In this document: piece after piece, positions 48,751 to 62,083 of the stretch
How the letters are laid out: every line of letters begins with the position of its first letter
Position numbering within the stretch: position 1 is the stretch's first letter
Assembly: GCF_011386835.1 (NCBI RefSeq)
Contig: NC_088793.1
Coordinates: 71,114,001-71,178,000 of the forward strand
Reading direction: 5' to 3'
Length of the DNA stretch: 64,000 nt
Origin: Chrysemys picta bellii
Lineage: Eukaryota
Made by a program: the position numbers and the translations under genes
Notes under the pieces: model-generated
The model's database searches: none
Seen by the model: the letters and a program-made list of their open reading frames with translations, nothing else
What the model was told of the DNA's origin: nothing

Positions 48751-49779
48751 GGATTATTTAAAAGATAATCAGTAAAACCAGAACAAACATGACAGAACTT
48801 AAGCAGCATCTTAATGAAAATTAATGAAAGTCTTGCCGGCCATTCTTAAATACTGGACATAACAGTATATGCTATTTTGCCTTTTGGGCCAGGTCTTCTA
48901 AAGAAATATATTCAACTTGCAAAACTAAACAATTTTAATGTTCTTGAAAGCAGCACACCCTGTTCAGCATGCCAGTGTTTGTGGTAAACACCCTTCATGG
49001 ATCACTGTCTGTGTGAATGTCACCAGCATTTTGAAATTTGTATACACACATCAGCTAATCTATCACTTCCTGCCCACAATGTATCCATGGGATCCCAAGG
49101 CAGACATGCTGTTACATACAATTTGATCACTATTGCAGCAAATGCAATTTGGTACAAATATTGCTAAGAGACTTGATGAAGATCAAAATCTTCCAATGCA
49201 CCATAAATAAATAAATAATATTGCCCTAGGAAATAAAAAAAACTATACCATAATGTGTCTAATGCCTCCCTATCCCTATGGTTTCTATACATTATGGCTG
49301 GAATTGTCAAAAGTACTTAGCATTTGCCAAACTTTGTTCCCATTTACATCAATGGGAGTTTTACCATACAATAAGGTTTAGTTTTTAAAAAATGATATTA
49401 TTTACCTACTTCCCCAACAGGAGCACTGGGAAGATTAATTATTTGATCTTAATATAAGACAACAAAAATGAAAACATTTTAAAAATTTAAACTGAAGTAC
49501 AAGAAAGACTATTTCTACTTCTGTTTAATAATGACTTCAAATAATAATCCAGACAAAGAATTGCCCCCCTGAAACCTGATAAACCTACACAGCACAAGAC
49601 CTAAATACATTTTCAAACAACAATTTAAACAGCCAGAAATATACTACTCCACTCTGCACTGCCATTGGTCAAAAAAATTCCTAATTTGGGCAACCAATGG
49701 AGGGAAAACACCCTCAGACAAAGGGGTTGATATGATCTCTTCTGTCTTTTATGATTACTTCCCCAAACTACCACTACCA

Positions 49780-50330
49780 CCTCTATCTTGGCTGGAATAG
49801 CTCTCAGATAGATATTTTTTGTTTCATCTATGCCCTAATCTCTACCAGATTTTGATTAAGGCACTCAGCAACATCACCTCAATTGGATGAGATACAGCCA
49901 GGCTGGTTATCATCTGCATCTGAAAACATCACAATCTTTGCCCTGTTAATCCTTCCAGGAGCCCCTCATTATAGCTAGAACCCTGCTGCACCCCATAGTT
50001 GAGATTCCTAGGAGAAGCAAAACAATTGCCTACAACTGTGGTCTAAACTCTCTCTCAGATAAAAAAGTTTGAATTTACAAAAGAATCAATGCCATCATTG
50101 CTGCTCGGGTCTGCTTGTGAGTCAACAACATCCCATGATTAATGATCTTGAAGGCAGCTGGCAGAACTAGCAATATCATCATAGATGCTTGATTTTTATC
50201 CATTACCAGGAGGAGATAATTGACCAATATAACCAGTGCAGTCTCCTGGCCAAACACAAGTTTCTATACAGATTGACAAGTGTCAAGAAGACCAGGAGCA
50301 TCTTCCTAGAACTTCCCTACTGGCCCTCAC
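49780..50330 (-). mobile_element. L2 LINE RT fragment
   Basis: GQETALVILVNYLLLVMDKNQASMMILLVLPAAF resembles GTETAL..LLDLSAAF; DADDNQ (from YADDTQ) near 49900-49925. Confidence 0.65.
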
Positions 50331-52037
50331 CAGTCAGGAAAAAATTGGACCTTAAACACAGATGTAGCACAAAGTTCTTCAACATCTGGAGTACCTCTAA
50401 GCAATACTGTCCTAAACTGAGTTTGCCACTTGGGATACAGCTCTGTGCTCCTGAATGCTAATGCATTGCTCTGGGTCAGCTCAATTATATTTGCAAAATA
50501 ATAAATTTCATCACCAAATGTGGGACTCAGACCAGCCATTGAGCAGAGACAGTCCAGATTAGTCAAGCTGTCTAAAGAACTCCTGTCTGAAATTTGGTAG
50601 AGACTAAGAGCCATTCCTTTGCTTCATGTACAGCCATGGCATAAGAATTTTAAAAATCTTTACTCAGCTTTTACCCAAGACTTTTACTATGAGCACCCTA
50701 CCACTTCATTTGTCAGAGGTGATTCATAAACCAAGGTAAGCTGTAAGAGTAAACCTGGGGAAAAGAACATCAAGGGGACACCGGTAGGGAAGGCCAAAAG
50801 ATTGTTAAAATATCCTCTGGACAGAGTGATTCTTTGGAGAAACAACATTTTCCCTCAGAGCTCTCTGAAAATCCTTTAGTTCCATTATCCTATAAGGCCA
50901 GACCACCAAAACGGGCCCTTCATTCTGACAGGAGAGAAGTGCTACAGCCACAAAGTTGGGAGAGAATATTCACTCCATGACACAGGTATAATTTTCAGTT
51001 GCCTTTACCTGAACCAAACACAACAACTACAGCATGACTTGCTGTAGGAGTGAGCTTGCAACAAGCTAAGATAATCTCATAGCTACCATTGTTGTCAAGA
51101 AGTCCTCATCTGACTCAGGGAGTTTGTCATCCATGTGGATGCTGATGTCAACACGAACAATCAGCCTCAGAGGTTCCAAAACCACAGTAGTGAGGAATTT
51201 CATCAGCTCCAACAGAACCTTTGCAGTGAAGCAGGGCAATCGGGACATGGATAGGAGGACATCTTAACCCCTGCCCAGGACTCACATGGAAGATGTACAC
51301 CGAGCTTTTCTGGGCCCAATCTGCCCTCAGTTACACAGCTATAACCCCCCCCCCCCATTTTAATCAAGGGGGATTACAGCCATGTAACTGAGGAGAAAAT
51401 GGAATCCTGCCTCAGGGCCAGATCCTGCAAATCTTCCTCACATCAGTGGTCCTCCCTTGGACAAGAAGTCACACTGACATCAATGCTAATGACCCATTGG
51501 CTTCAACACAATTACATTCATGAGTGAGGGTTTACTGAGGCTTCAGTCCTTCCTATCTACACTAGTGATATTTTAACCTTTGGGTTTACTGTGATATTAA
51601 CTAGATCAGCCACAAAGTAGACCAGTGAAGGACCTGATCCTGTAAACCTTTATGCCTGTAACTTTACTCTCATGAGGAGGCCTATTGATTTCAGTAGAAC
51701 TTCTCCCATGTCTGTGTCCAGGAGCAAGCGAGTGCAATGTACTTGTCTGCACTGAATGCCAGGCAACTGGGAGCTATTTGGTTCATGGTGTAGGAATTAT
51801 CTGAAACTTCTCAATGGGGAGCAGAAAATGAGGTATCAGAATTCTCCCTTGAAACAGTGAAGAAGGGGAGAGAGGAGAAATTTACTTTCCAAGCAGTCAT
51901 GAGTGGAAGGGCAAGATCCCTTACCCTTTCTGACTGGGACACAGCAGGAACGAAGATAAAGAAAAGAGGAGCTAATGCACGGGATAGCATTATAGTGTAG
52001 ACATGCCCTATTTGAGCTTGATCCCATTAGTTGCTAA

Positions 52038-52704
52038 GGGTATGTCTACACTATAAACTTATGTTTATAAACTATGTTAGGTCCATTTACAGCCCTCACA
52101 GTAATTACCCAGTAGGGAGCGGAGAGCCTGGCGGGGCAGCTGGGCTCCTGGCGGAGAGCTCTGCGCCTGGTGTCCAGTCAGCTGCTCCATTCCCGCTGGG
52201 GAGGAGGGAGCTGAGAAGCCTGGTGCAGCTGCCCCATTCCCGGCAGGGAGTGGAGAGCCTGGGGGGTGGAGGGAAGGGCAGCCAGGCTTCTGGGGGGGAG
52301 ATCCGTGCCTGGAATCTGGTCAGCTGCTGTGCTCCCAACGGGGAGCTGGGAGCCTGGGCGGCAGTGCAGATTGGAGTGGGGAGGCTGGCTCGGAGCAGGG
52401 AGTCAGGATCCCAGGGGGAAGCAGAGCTCCCTACAGGGAGCCTGGGCAGCAGCCCAGCTTGAAGCAGAGACTGGAAATTTGGAAACTGACAAGAATGACC
52501 GCTAATAGATGTAAGTAACGCAGTGTCTTACAGGGACACTGTGCCGCCCTAACTACACTGACATAAGCCCTACACCTCTTGTGGAAGTGGAGTTATGATG
52601 TTGGTATAGTAGGCCACTTACATTGGCAGGAGCAAGGCTGTAGTATATACACTGACATAATCCGGTTGACGTAAGCTGCCTAACACTGTAGTTTAGACCA
52701 GACC
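52038..52704. mobile_element. PIF/Harbinger-type non-autonomous element
   Basis: Ends gggtatgtctacacta / tagtttagaccagacc; TSD taa/tga. Confidence 0.7.
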
Positions 52705-53835
52705 TGAGTGTCCTCAATCTTCAGTGAAGATAATGGGAGTTGCATGTGCTCAGAACCTCATACGGTCAGGCCCAAATTGGATTTCTGATTTTCGTTTGCC
52801 AGGGAGAAGGTATCAGTGTGTGAAATCCTGGCCCTACTGAAGTCAGTGGGACTTGTCCCCCCGCTGCTTACGTCTCCATTTAGCTTTGGGTTATTTCCCC
52901 ACTGGGCAAATGGCTAGTAGTGACTGGAGAAAATTCAGACAGCTGCAGAGCCTGCTACTCCGCTTGGACTCTTACACACAAATGGTCACCCACCCAATGG
53001 AAACGACTGTATATTAAAATTATGTTATGGGTCTGTTTGATATTCAGAACAGCATGAATATGCCAGCTAAGCCCCCTCAAGACACAGCATTGGGATGAGA
53101 AATGAGCAAAGTTGCTCTGTTCTACTCAGATGTTGGAAAAGCTTGAAACGTTAATTTTTTATGGTTGTGTTCCTCCATCAGCTCTTGCTATTATTTTTCA
53201 TGCAGTTTGTTTCAATGTGACTGTCTTAATTCCTGCATGCTCTGGATTATTTATATGCTGCAAACTGAACTCTGCCCAGGAGTGCTCCAATGTAGTTTGT
53301 GATTAAGACAGGTGAAGTACCAAGGGCCTGTACAGTTTACTTGATCAATTAAACTAGCCATCCAGCAGGCTAACAGACCATGCAGGCTCAAAATGACAAA
53401 CTTGTGGGCTGATAAGAAATTGGCACTCAGGGCTCTCCTGTCTGAGGACTGTGTATATTAATACAGACCAGGCTGATTTTTAGAAACTGGAGCTCTGCTG
53501 AGTGTAGCTTTATCCAGGCATGTCTAGCAAACCTACAAAAAAGTTGTACATTCATTTGCTTGTATGTTTCCAGCATCAGGACTGCAGGATTGGGCCCTTC
53601 AGTAGAGTTACAGCAGTGATTAACTTGGTCTTTTATGTATAAATACAATAGGGACTTTCTTGTTACAATTGCAAAAGGCAGTATAATGTAAATGTATTAA
53701 AACAAACAGATTTTTTTAAAATTCCAACCATATTTTGAGGGAACCTGGGTTAGTAACGTTGGTTTAAAAAAACCAAACCTCTGTCTTCTTTAAGACCATT
53801 CAGTCTCATTCTCTCTTTCTCTTGTTATCTTTCAG

Positions 53836-53874
53836 AGCATGCTTCTCGAACTATCATCTATCATGAAAAAATAA
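53836..53874 (+). CDS. GJA10: GJA10 terminal coding exon SMLLELSSIMKK*
   Basis: Long pyrimidine tract then ttcag|AGC ATG CTT CTC GAA CTA TCA TCT ATC ATG AAA AAA TAA; phase 0 matches donor ATG|gtaagt at 46940; spliced product is 522 aa. Confidence 0.88.
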   Translation, partial: SMLLELSSIMKK

Positions 53875-54348
53875 TGCCAGTCTGGGGACAAGAAACAAAC
53901 CAAAGAATTGGGTACAAACCATTCCTCAGCAGGAAGCAAAAAAAGCAACCTCTCCGTTTATTCTGAAGCTAAAAAGCATGATGCAGTTCATGGAAGAAAG
54001 CCCTTGCTTTACACACCGCCAAGTTTTATGCCAGCACATGTAGCAACGTAGCCTGACTCCCATTGTGGGCTGACAACCTGCTTCAAAACTCAAGATTTCA
54101 CTCACATATACCAAGCAGCAGCTGCTTCATGTGTGCAGTAACTGCAGAAATAGCCTTGTGTCCTTGGAGAACATTTGGGAGGCACAACTTGTTGTTTAGG
54201 TCTGTAGTGTTTATCTCTATAAGATGCAAGATCTATACTTTCAAAGGAGTGGTAAGAGCAAAGATATTTGCAAGGAAGGGTTCGTTAGATAGGAAGGTTT
54301 TCTGAAGGATTCTTTTACATCTCACTCCCCGGGGCCTACTAGCCAGTG

Positions 54349-54354
54349 AATAAA
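54349..54354 (+). terminator. Candidate GJA10 poly(A) signal
   Basis: AATAAA ~475 nt after the spliced stop codon. Confidence 0.35.
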
Positions 54355-56326
54355 AGATGAAAGCAGCACACCAGGACTTTGTAGCACAGTCCTCCTGGTT
54401 TAACAAAGAGACCCGAATCCAAGCGGCTGCTCAGCAACCTGGGCTAAAGTGAAGCTCACATTCTTTTAGGGATTAATTGCCACTCTGACATTGTCTCCCT
54501 CATTGCCAACACCCTCACCGCAAAAACACAGTACACACAATCAAATTGGCTGATTGCTTTTTAATGTGCAGCTTATGCATTCTTCTTCAGTTTGCTAAAT
54601 GAGAGATCCTTAAAACATCTGCCCGGGATCATAAAGATCTCATTCCTTTGTTCATTCCATCAGTTCCTATATGGGCTGTACAAAAGAAAAAAACATGGCC
54701 TCACTATTTGATAGGAAATAGCTGCTTTGGATTATTAGATTTCTAATACGTGCACGACCCAGGACAATCGCACTTCCAACCCATGTATCTTAAAAATAAG
54801 GCACCTTCTCCCAGACTATCCATATCACTGTCCCCCATCACGTGCTCATCAACTCCTCCTATTCATTATTCAACGACACACTCTCATCTCTTGCCTTTGT
54901 TATCAATGCTCCATTTGTTCCAGTGGAGAATCACATTTTTAAGCAAGCTAGTTGGTTGGTATGTCAGTCTCCCTAATCATGCAAAGCCTTTGTGGTTCTG
55001 ACAGCTGCACCGAAATAGTAGTAAAAAGCATCCCCCCCCGCCAAAAAGCGCCAAGTGTAAAAAGCGATTAGGCTGCTCACTGAACTTGCATAGTGCTTTT
55101 ATCCTAGTTTTAATGACTTCCATCCATACTCCTCAAGGATGGATCATTGCCTCAGTTACACACTGTTTGGTTAAGCTATTGCTTGTTTTTTTTTTTTTTT
55201 TTTTTTTTTAAGTGAAAAATGAAACCGAAAACCCCAGCCATTAAAGAAGCAGCCGTGACTTCTTACGGATGGATAAACAAAGCTTGACTATAGACAGGGA
55301 GTAGAGTATGTGCTGTATGGAGATATAAATGATGAAGTATCTTCTGACAAACTTGAGAGGAAAGGGGCCTTTGCTGATGTATGTTCCAGCTTTTCCAGCA
55401 AGATTCTGGAGTGTAGTATCACTGTTCTTTTTTTCTGAAGGAGAGGGGTTATTTTACTTATAAGGACTCTGCTGGTTTAAAACTCACAGGCCAGGTTTAG
55501 TCCTGTAGAAGCAAAAGGGTGCAAGGGGCAGCGGCACTGGCAGAGGCATTTATCCTCAAAACTGGGCAGTCTGTGGTGTACTTTTTTGTCTATAAAAAGA
55601 CTATGGCTTTATAGGAGCTCTCCCCGATGGAGGCTTCCTGGGCAGTGCGCTGAATTAGTGTGCATCTCCCAGCGGGCCTAGCTAGGTCACACCCACTTTG
55701 GCCCTGATTCAGCAAAGCATTGAGCACGCTCTTAAGTCAAACTGAATCAAGGCTTTTGTGGGTTGTGCTGGCCAGCTCCCGGCCTCCAGATGGACTTGGG
55801 ATTGCAGGCAGCTCACATTGCTATCCCCTTCTTTCTGGCAATCTTAATGTGATGGCGGGGGGGGGGGGGGAGGAGGGAGTTGCAGCCTGGAGACTTTAAA
55901 AAAACGCATTAAACTTCCTTGTCTGAGTTACCACCACCTTAACAGTATTAAAACAATATAATTTGCTTTCTTTTGTTTACGCTCTTTATTTTTTGCATTC
56001 CTCTCAGCTTGAACAATGCTAACACATGAGCCAGACTCATTTCCAGGTTTCCATTCATTAGTGGAATGCTGCAATGTTTGGGCTGCAAATGCTGCAGGGA
56101 TTTTTGTTTGCTTGTTTGTTCTGGGTTGGAATTTTTGCTTTGTTTTGCATTTCCATAGAAACAATTCTATTTTCTCTTAGGTTTTGTTAAAAAATACAGT
56201 GGTTACTTAAGTGATGTTGAGAATGCAGGATGAGAACTAGCTTGAATCAGTACTATGGGAATATAGTTATGAGAGTTACTCCGTACACTCAGTCCTACAT
56301 CAACACACCTCTGGTAGTCCTGCAAT

Positions 56327-56578
56327 CGGGGTCGGCTCTAGCATTTTTGCCGCCCCAAGCAGAAAAAAAAAAAAAAAAAAAAGAAGCCGCGATCGCAATC
56401 GGCGGCAGCTCTACCGCCGCTTCATTCTACAGCGGCAATTCGGCGGCAGGGCCTTCGCTCTGAGAGGGAGTGACGGCCCCGCCGCCGAATTGCCGCCAAA
56501 CGGCCGGACATGCCGCCCCCCTCTTCATTGGCCACACCAGGCACCTGCTTGCTACGCTGGTGCCTGGAGTTGGCCCTG
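56327..56578. mobile_element. GC-rich hAT MITE
   Basis: TIRs cggggtcggctcta / tggagttggccctg; perfect TSD cctgcaat. Confidence 0.9.
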
Positions 56579-57026
56579 CCTGCAATGGACCTGCCTGCAG
56601 TACAGATAGCCAGTCGTACTGTACTCAGCCTAAACGGGTGGAGGTTTTGTCATGTGGTCAAAGATTAACTATGTTTCCCATATCCTCCAGAAATTAACCA
56701 TTACTCTTGCATTAATAAATAGGACATTAATTTCAGAGGCAAGAAAAGTTGATATACAATACATAATGATATGTCTTTATTTCATCAACAGAAATGGTGT
56801 CTAGACAAAATTCAGTTAACACTAGCAATTCAAATGAATGGAAAGTTTTTTTTTTTTGCACAATACTGTATTTACAATGAGTAAATGAAGTTTTAAATTC
56901 ATTAGTTCATAACAATGCTTTTTTTTCCAAAAAGGTAAAAATTCTTAGTAACAGAGAATAAGCATCAACAGCCATCTCGTTTATACAATAAAAATCACAA
57001 GAAACCACAGTCACCTAGAAAAAAAT

Positions 57027-57158
57027 NNNNNNNNNNNNNNNNNNNNNNNNNNNNNNNNNNNNNNNNNNNNNNNNNNNNNNNNNNNNNNNNNNNNNNNNNN
57101 NNNNNNNNNNNNNNNNNNNNNNNNNNNNNNNNNNNNNNNNNNNNNNNNNNNNNNNNNN
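57027..57158. other. Assembly gap (132 N)
   Basis: Run of N. Confidence 1.
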
Positions 57159-60100
57159 GAGAGGTACAGAGGATTATACAGGTAGATATGTGTGAAAACT
57201 GTCCATATACTGTTTGACCTGTGGAGGAAGAGAAGAGGGGTTGTACCCCCTTGCATACACGGATAAAACCCTGTTTTGAATATGGCCTCTGAAATCTGTA
57301 AGGCATATATTAGAGGTGCACTTGTATCCAACTGGTTCTGGAACAAACTCTTAGGGCAATTCCACTCTTGAAATCAAAAGGTGATGCTTGAAATTAATAG
57401 CAAATAACAAGCATCGAAGATCACCAAAGCGTTTAGTATAATTTCTGCTAGTCTGAAGGATCCAGATACTTTCGGTCAGAGCATGAGTAGCGAGTACAGT
57501 ATCTAAACACATACAATTCTTTCAGTTATAGTACAAATGCAGGATAACATTGTCTCAGGAAAATGCAGTGTTCTAAATATGATGGGTCCAAGAGAGAACA
57601 ACAATCCAGATAATGAAATTGCTCCCCCATCACACCATAAACTTTAGGGTTGTTGGCTTGGCCCTGTTATAGAGATGGGTTCAGCTGCGAAACCCAGAGT
57701 TCAGATTCTAGACTCTCCCAAAAGTCTGTGGATCCAAGCATCCCCGTTTGGTTTTGGAGCCATCTCCAGTTCTAAGAAGTGGACAAAATCAAATACTGAC
57801 AATTCTGTCTTATCCACTTTTTCAAAGTCAGTTATTTTCTGTATGCCCGTAATCAGCCCACAGCGACAATTTCGGCATTGCATGTGTGTTTTTTAATCAT
57901 GTGGGTGGATTACACCTACATAAACGGCTATTTCATATAAAGTTAACAAAACTGGAATAAGAATGGGATTTACCCAACTGTTATTTTTCCTATTGTTTGA
58001 TTTGGCTAATTATTATGTCACAGTTTTAAAAAAAGCATTTTAAGCATTCCTCACTGCCAAAAAAGGGGATTTTATTTGCCCAATGGCAGCATTATATGTG
58101 TATTACAGTAAAAAATTTGATATAAATACTACCTATCTTGGTGGAGTGTAGGAAAATACTGTACACTTTGTCATTGCAAGTAATGCCATTATATCTTTCA
58201 CACTAAAGAGAATAATTTATTATTCTACAATCCACCAACAATAGATTTTTTTATATAAAGAGTCACTTTTTGAATGCACATGTATATACACATATATTGT
58301 ATTCTGCAGCATCAAGTCTGATGCCTGAGTCATGAAATATTCCAAACAGTATTATAAATCTACATATATGTATTATAAACAGGTGAACATACACACACTA
58401 ACTGTAATTACATATATAACTAAGTTTTGGATTGCCTTGGCAGAGACAAACTACAATACAACCTTGATGTGTAGAGAAAATACACATTATATGTTGTAGG
58501 AGGCAACAGAATATAAATTCTTTGTGTTATTTTTATCTAAAGTAAGGTGTAGCTAGAAACATTAAGACATGCCATACTCAGCAGATCCTCTTGACTACAT
58601 CATCAACTCCATTGCTCTTACTGAAGCTAAACCTTTTCTAGACAGAATCTAAAAGACATACATTTAAAATGATGCAAATGTAGACTATGGAACCTGCTAA
58701 CAAACCATCACAAAACGTATTTCAAATTTGAAGGAGATGAAGATTGCTCCTCATTTAAATCAAGGTAATCAGTTTAACTGTGGAGGACTTGAAGTAGATT
58801 AGAATGCAAGCTTGTGTAGGCTTGACTAATATTCCCTATGTTTTATGTTAAAATACACTACAGTTCTGTTCTCTAATCCCAGATTTATTTCTATTTTAAC
58901 ATAAACAGCAATGGAATATATGACACCAGTGAGGATGTGATCTAACTTCTGGAATTACAGTGTTTCATCATGTTTTCCTTAAAAGGTCAAATTTTCTCTT
59001 ATAGGATTATGCCAATTCCAGCATACAGGTTTGTTTTCTTTCATTGGCAATCATAAGGTTAAATATTAAAAATCTAACTATACAAATATGCATTTCTATT
59101 TAAGCTTTTTAAAATAAAGACTCAACAAAATGTTGAAGTTAGGATTAACAACCATACTATCAGCATTAATAATTTCTCTGGCAGCCAGTTATTCTTTATT
59201 GACAAAGTTACTTTTATCTAGTTCCCACTCTCCCTTTTAAAGAGAGGTAGCAGTTGGCGTACTAATCACTGTGGTTTGCCTTTGCAACACAACATTTTTT
59301 ACTTCCTGGGGGTGGGGAGGAGGAATACAAGGATTAGATCCAAAAATATAGTGCATCTTAAAAGCAGCATATATCTTAGAAAGACATAATAAATTACGCA
59401 TACAATATATAAAATAATAGTTTTATACTGCAGCATCAAACTCTGACGCCTGAGTCATCATATGTTAGGAAGTCTGTGATATAAATACTGAGATGTCCTG
59501 ATAACATGGCTGACCTTTTTTCCCCCGCTACCTCTTTGTTCCAGAATCAGCTTTTAATGAACTTTAATTACTTCCAAGGCACCTCCAGATAACGCAGAGA
59601 AACAAATACATTATATAGTGTAGTACTCATTTGACACAAGTATAATAAGCCTAAATGAAATGAGGTTTTCTGGCAATACAAGTATAGCAAAGGTAAATAA
59701 AAAGGAGAACTAGATGTACTGGACAAAGCTAGATGGCTCAAGAATTCACACTCATGCTATATTGGTGCAGCATTCAATATGACAACCCGGCCCAATCTTG
59801 CACAAAATTTCAAAGCAATACATTAGAGACCAGAAACTGCAGCTTTCTTCATGAATAACTGCATGATCCTTATTTAAAAAGATACATTTTTGTTGGCTAA
59901 ACCTCTTAATTTGCTAAATATTGTAGTTAACTTTTTTTTAAAATTGGATTTTTGGTCAACTGTTTTAATATCAGATTATTTATTTCAACTCATGTCCAGT
60001 TCTGAAGCTAATTCTCCTAGATGTTTCCCTTTAAAGTTAACCCAATAACAGTTTTGAGAGCCACATGGTTCAGAAGAGCAAAAACATATACGCGTAAATA

Positions 60101-61754
60101 CAGGTCAAGGAAGCAATGACAAATCAGTCACTTCTAACGGTGAAGAATGAAATCAAACATCATGAAAAGCTTGAAAAGCGAGCGAGAGAGAGAGACTTAT
60201 TTGAGCAGTGGTTTTAAATATCAGTTCCCATGAAAAAGAAAATCAGGAGGCCCAGCACCAGAATGAGCCGGGTCGATCCCAAGAGCTGCAGCACATGTTC
60301 TGTGGGTGGCTTTTTTGTTTGTTTGTTTTTAACCGTTGGAATGAGGTCAAGAGTACCAGTTGCACATGAGTCGTTAGCAGGGTAAATCTTCATGTCAGGA
60401 TGCTAGTTCAAACTTTGTTTTATACTCATAAAACATTCCATCTATCTATATAGGTGGTCACTTAAAAATAAAAAAAAGGCAACAGAAAGTCTTTAAAATA
60501 CTGTCAGTTGACAAAAAAAAATAGCTATGATGCTATAATGTGATTCACATTTAGTTTTAAACTCTAGCTTTCACTATGGTCTCACAGAAACAAGACATCT
60601 CTGCCAAACACAGAGTTGTTCTGCAACGTCAATGAATTCAAAGGAAAATCAAATTCCCCAGAAAGAGCTTCTAGCTCAGTTTGCTGCACAAAATGGCTGG
60701 GGGTGGGAAGTGTTCCAATATATTTAGATCTCTATCTTTTAAAAGAAAGGATGACTTTCCCCCCTTCTTCAACTGTGTGAATTAGGAATTTGTGGCATTT
60801 GGATATCTCTGAACATTTAAAGATAAGGATTTTGCACAGAAACGGTTAATACTTAAACATAAATTATGATTTAAAAAAAAAATCACATATCCTACATTAT
60901 ATACTAATTTCTTTGTGCATGCAGAAAAAACATTTTTCAACAAACATGGCACATGCTATATGCATTTCCTCCTCCGTAGCTAGGCTACCGTCGTTTGGGA
61001 GAAGAGAGCAGAAGCAAGACTGGCAAGTCCGTGACGGCCCATGAGCACAATCTCAAAACACAAAAATAGAGGAGAGAGGGAGCTGATTCCTCCTCCAGGA
61101 AAAGATGCTGATTTACTGAGTGCCTCAAAAGAGCACCAGGACACACCCGTAGTGTAAACATTAGCACAACAGAACCTATTGTCACTTAGTGCTTGTGAAA
61201 AGCTGCTTTTTCAAACAGGTGTGCCCAGCTGGTCAATTTTGCAGCAAGAGTGAACAATGTCAATCTGTACAGCATGGGTGGTGTTGTCCAGGATAAAGCC
61301 TCAGTACTAGCCACACACCCTGGCGCAAATAGGGAAAAGAATCACAAAATATAATTCAATACACTTATAATACTACTAATACTGATACTATTACTACTAA
61401 TTCATAATAAAAATGTTAGGAGGACGTTTTTCTGCCTATGCTGTACATAGATGTTATGCTTGGAAAGCTGCTGTCCCACGCTATCATAACACAATTCACT
61501 GATTACCTGTTTCACCGTATCACTTGAGATACAAATTCAATACAGTTACAACTAAGCCAATTCTCTGAGCAGTCTCCTGTGAGACAGCACTCTTTTAGAA
61601 GTTGACTTGTGCTGATGGCAATGCTGTAGAATAAGAGGATTCTATAACACAACACTTCAAATGGTAAGCAACCAAATCAGGTAACGTTTTGCTCCTTAGG
61701 GTATACAGCATTCACTTGACTTCTGTAAGCAAACATCTGTAAGTCTCAGTTATG

Positions 61755-61903
61755 GGCCTGATCTTGCAATTCTTTCCTACATGACTAGTCAGATTTCAAT
61801 AGGCCTGATTCTGATCTCACACCAGTGAGAATCAAGAGTAAGTCCACTGAAGTAAATGGAGTAACACCCTGGTAAAACTGGTGGGAGATCAAAATCAGGA
61901 CCA
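61755..61903. repeat. Old palindromic MITE-like repeat in the BACH2 3' UTR
   Basis: ggcctgattctgatctcacaccagt..ccactgaagtaaatgg..actggtgggagatcaaaatcaggacc imperfect palindrome. Confidence 0.5.
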
Positions 61904-61915
61904 ATGCTACTATAC

Positions 61916-62083
61916 CAGTTGTTTTCAACCCACGGCCTGCTTGTGGCCCAATCAGCATATAGCTGCAGCCCATGTGACATCCTCAGGGCCATACAGGTAG
62001 TATATATATTTTATGGATGTGACCCACATAACACAGAGAGCTGCATATGTGGCCCAGAATGGTAAGTAGGTTGAGAATCATTG
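61916..62083. mobile_element. hAT MITE inside the BACH2 3' UTR
   Basis: TIRs cagttgttttcaacc / ggttgagaatcattg; TSD tactatac/gactatac. Confidence 0.8.

Noticed and set aside
58304-58340. SECIS possibility (AUGA..UGA on the mRNA strand)
   Set aside because: No apical AA or proper helix spacing, and BACH2 ends in TAG.
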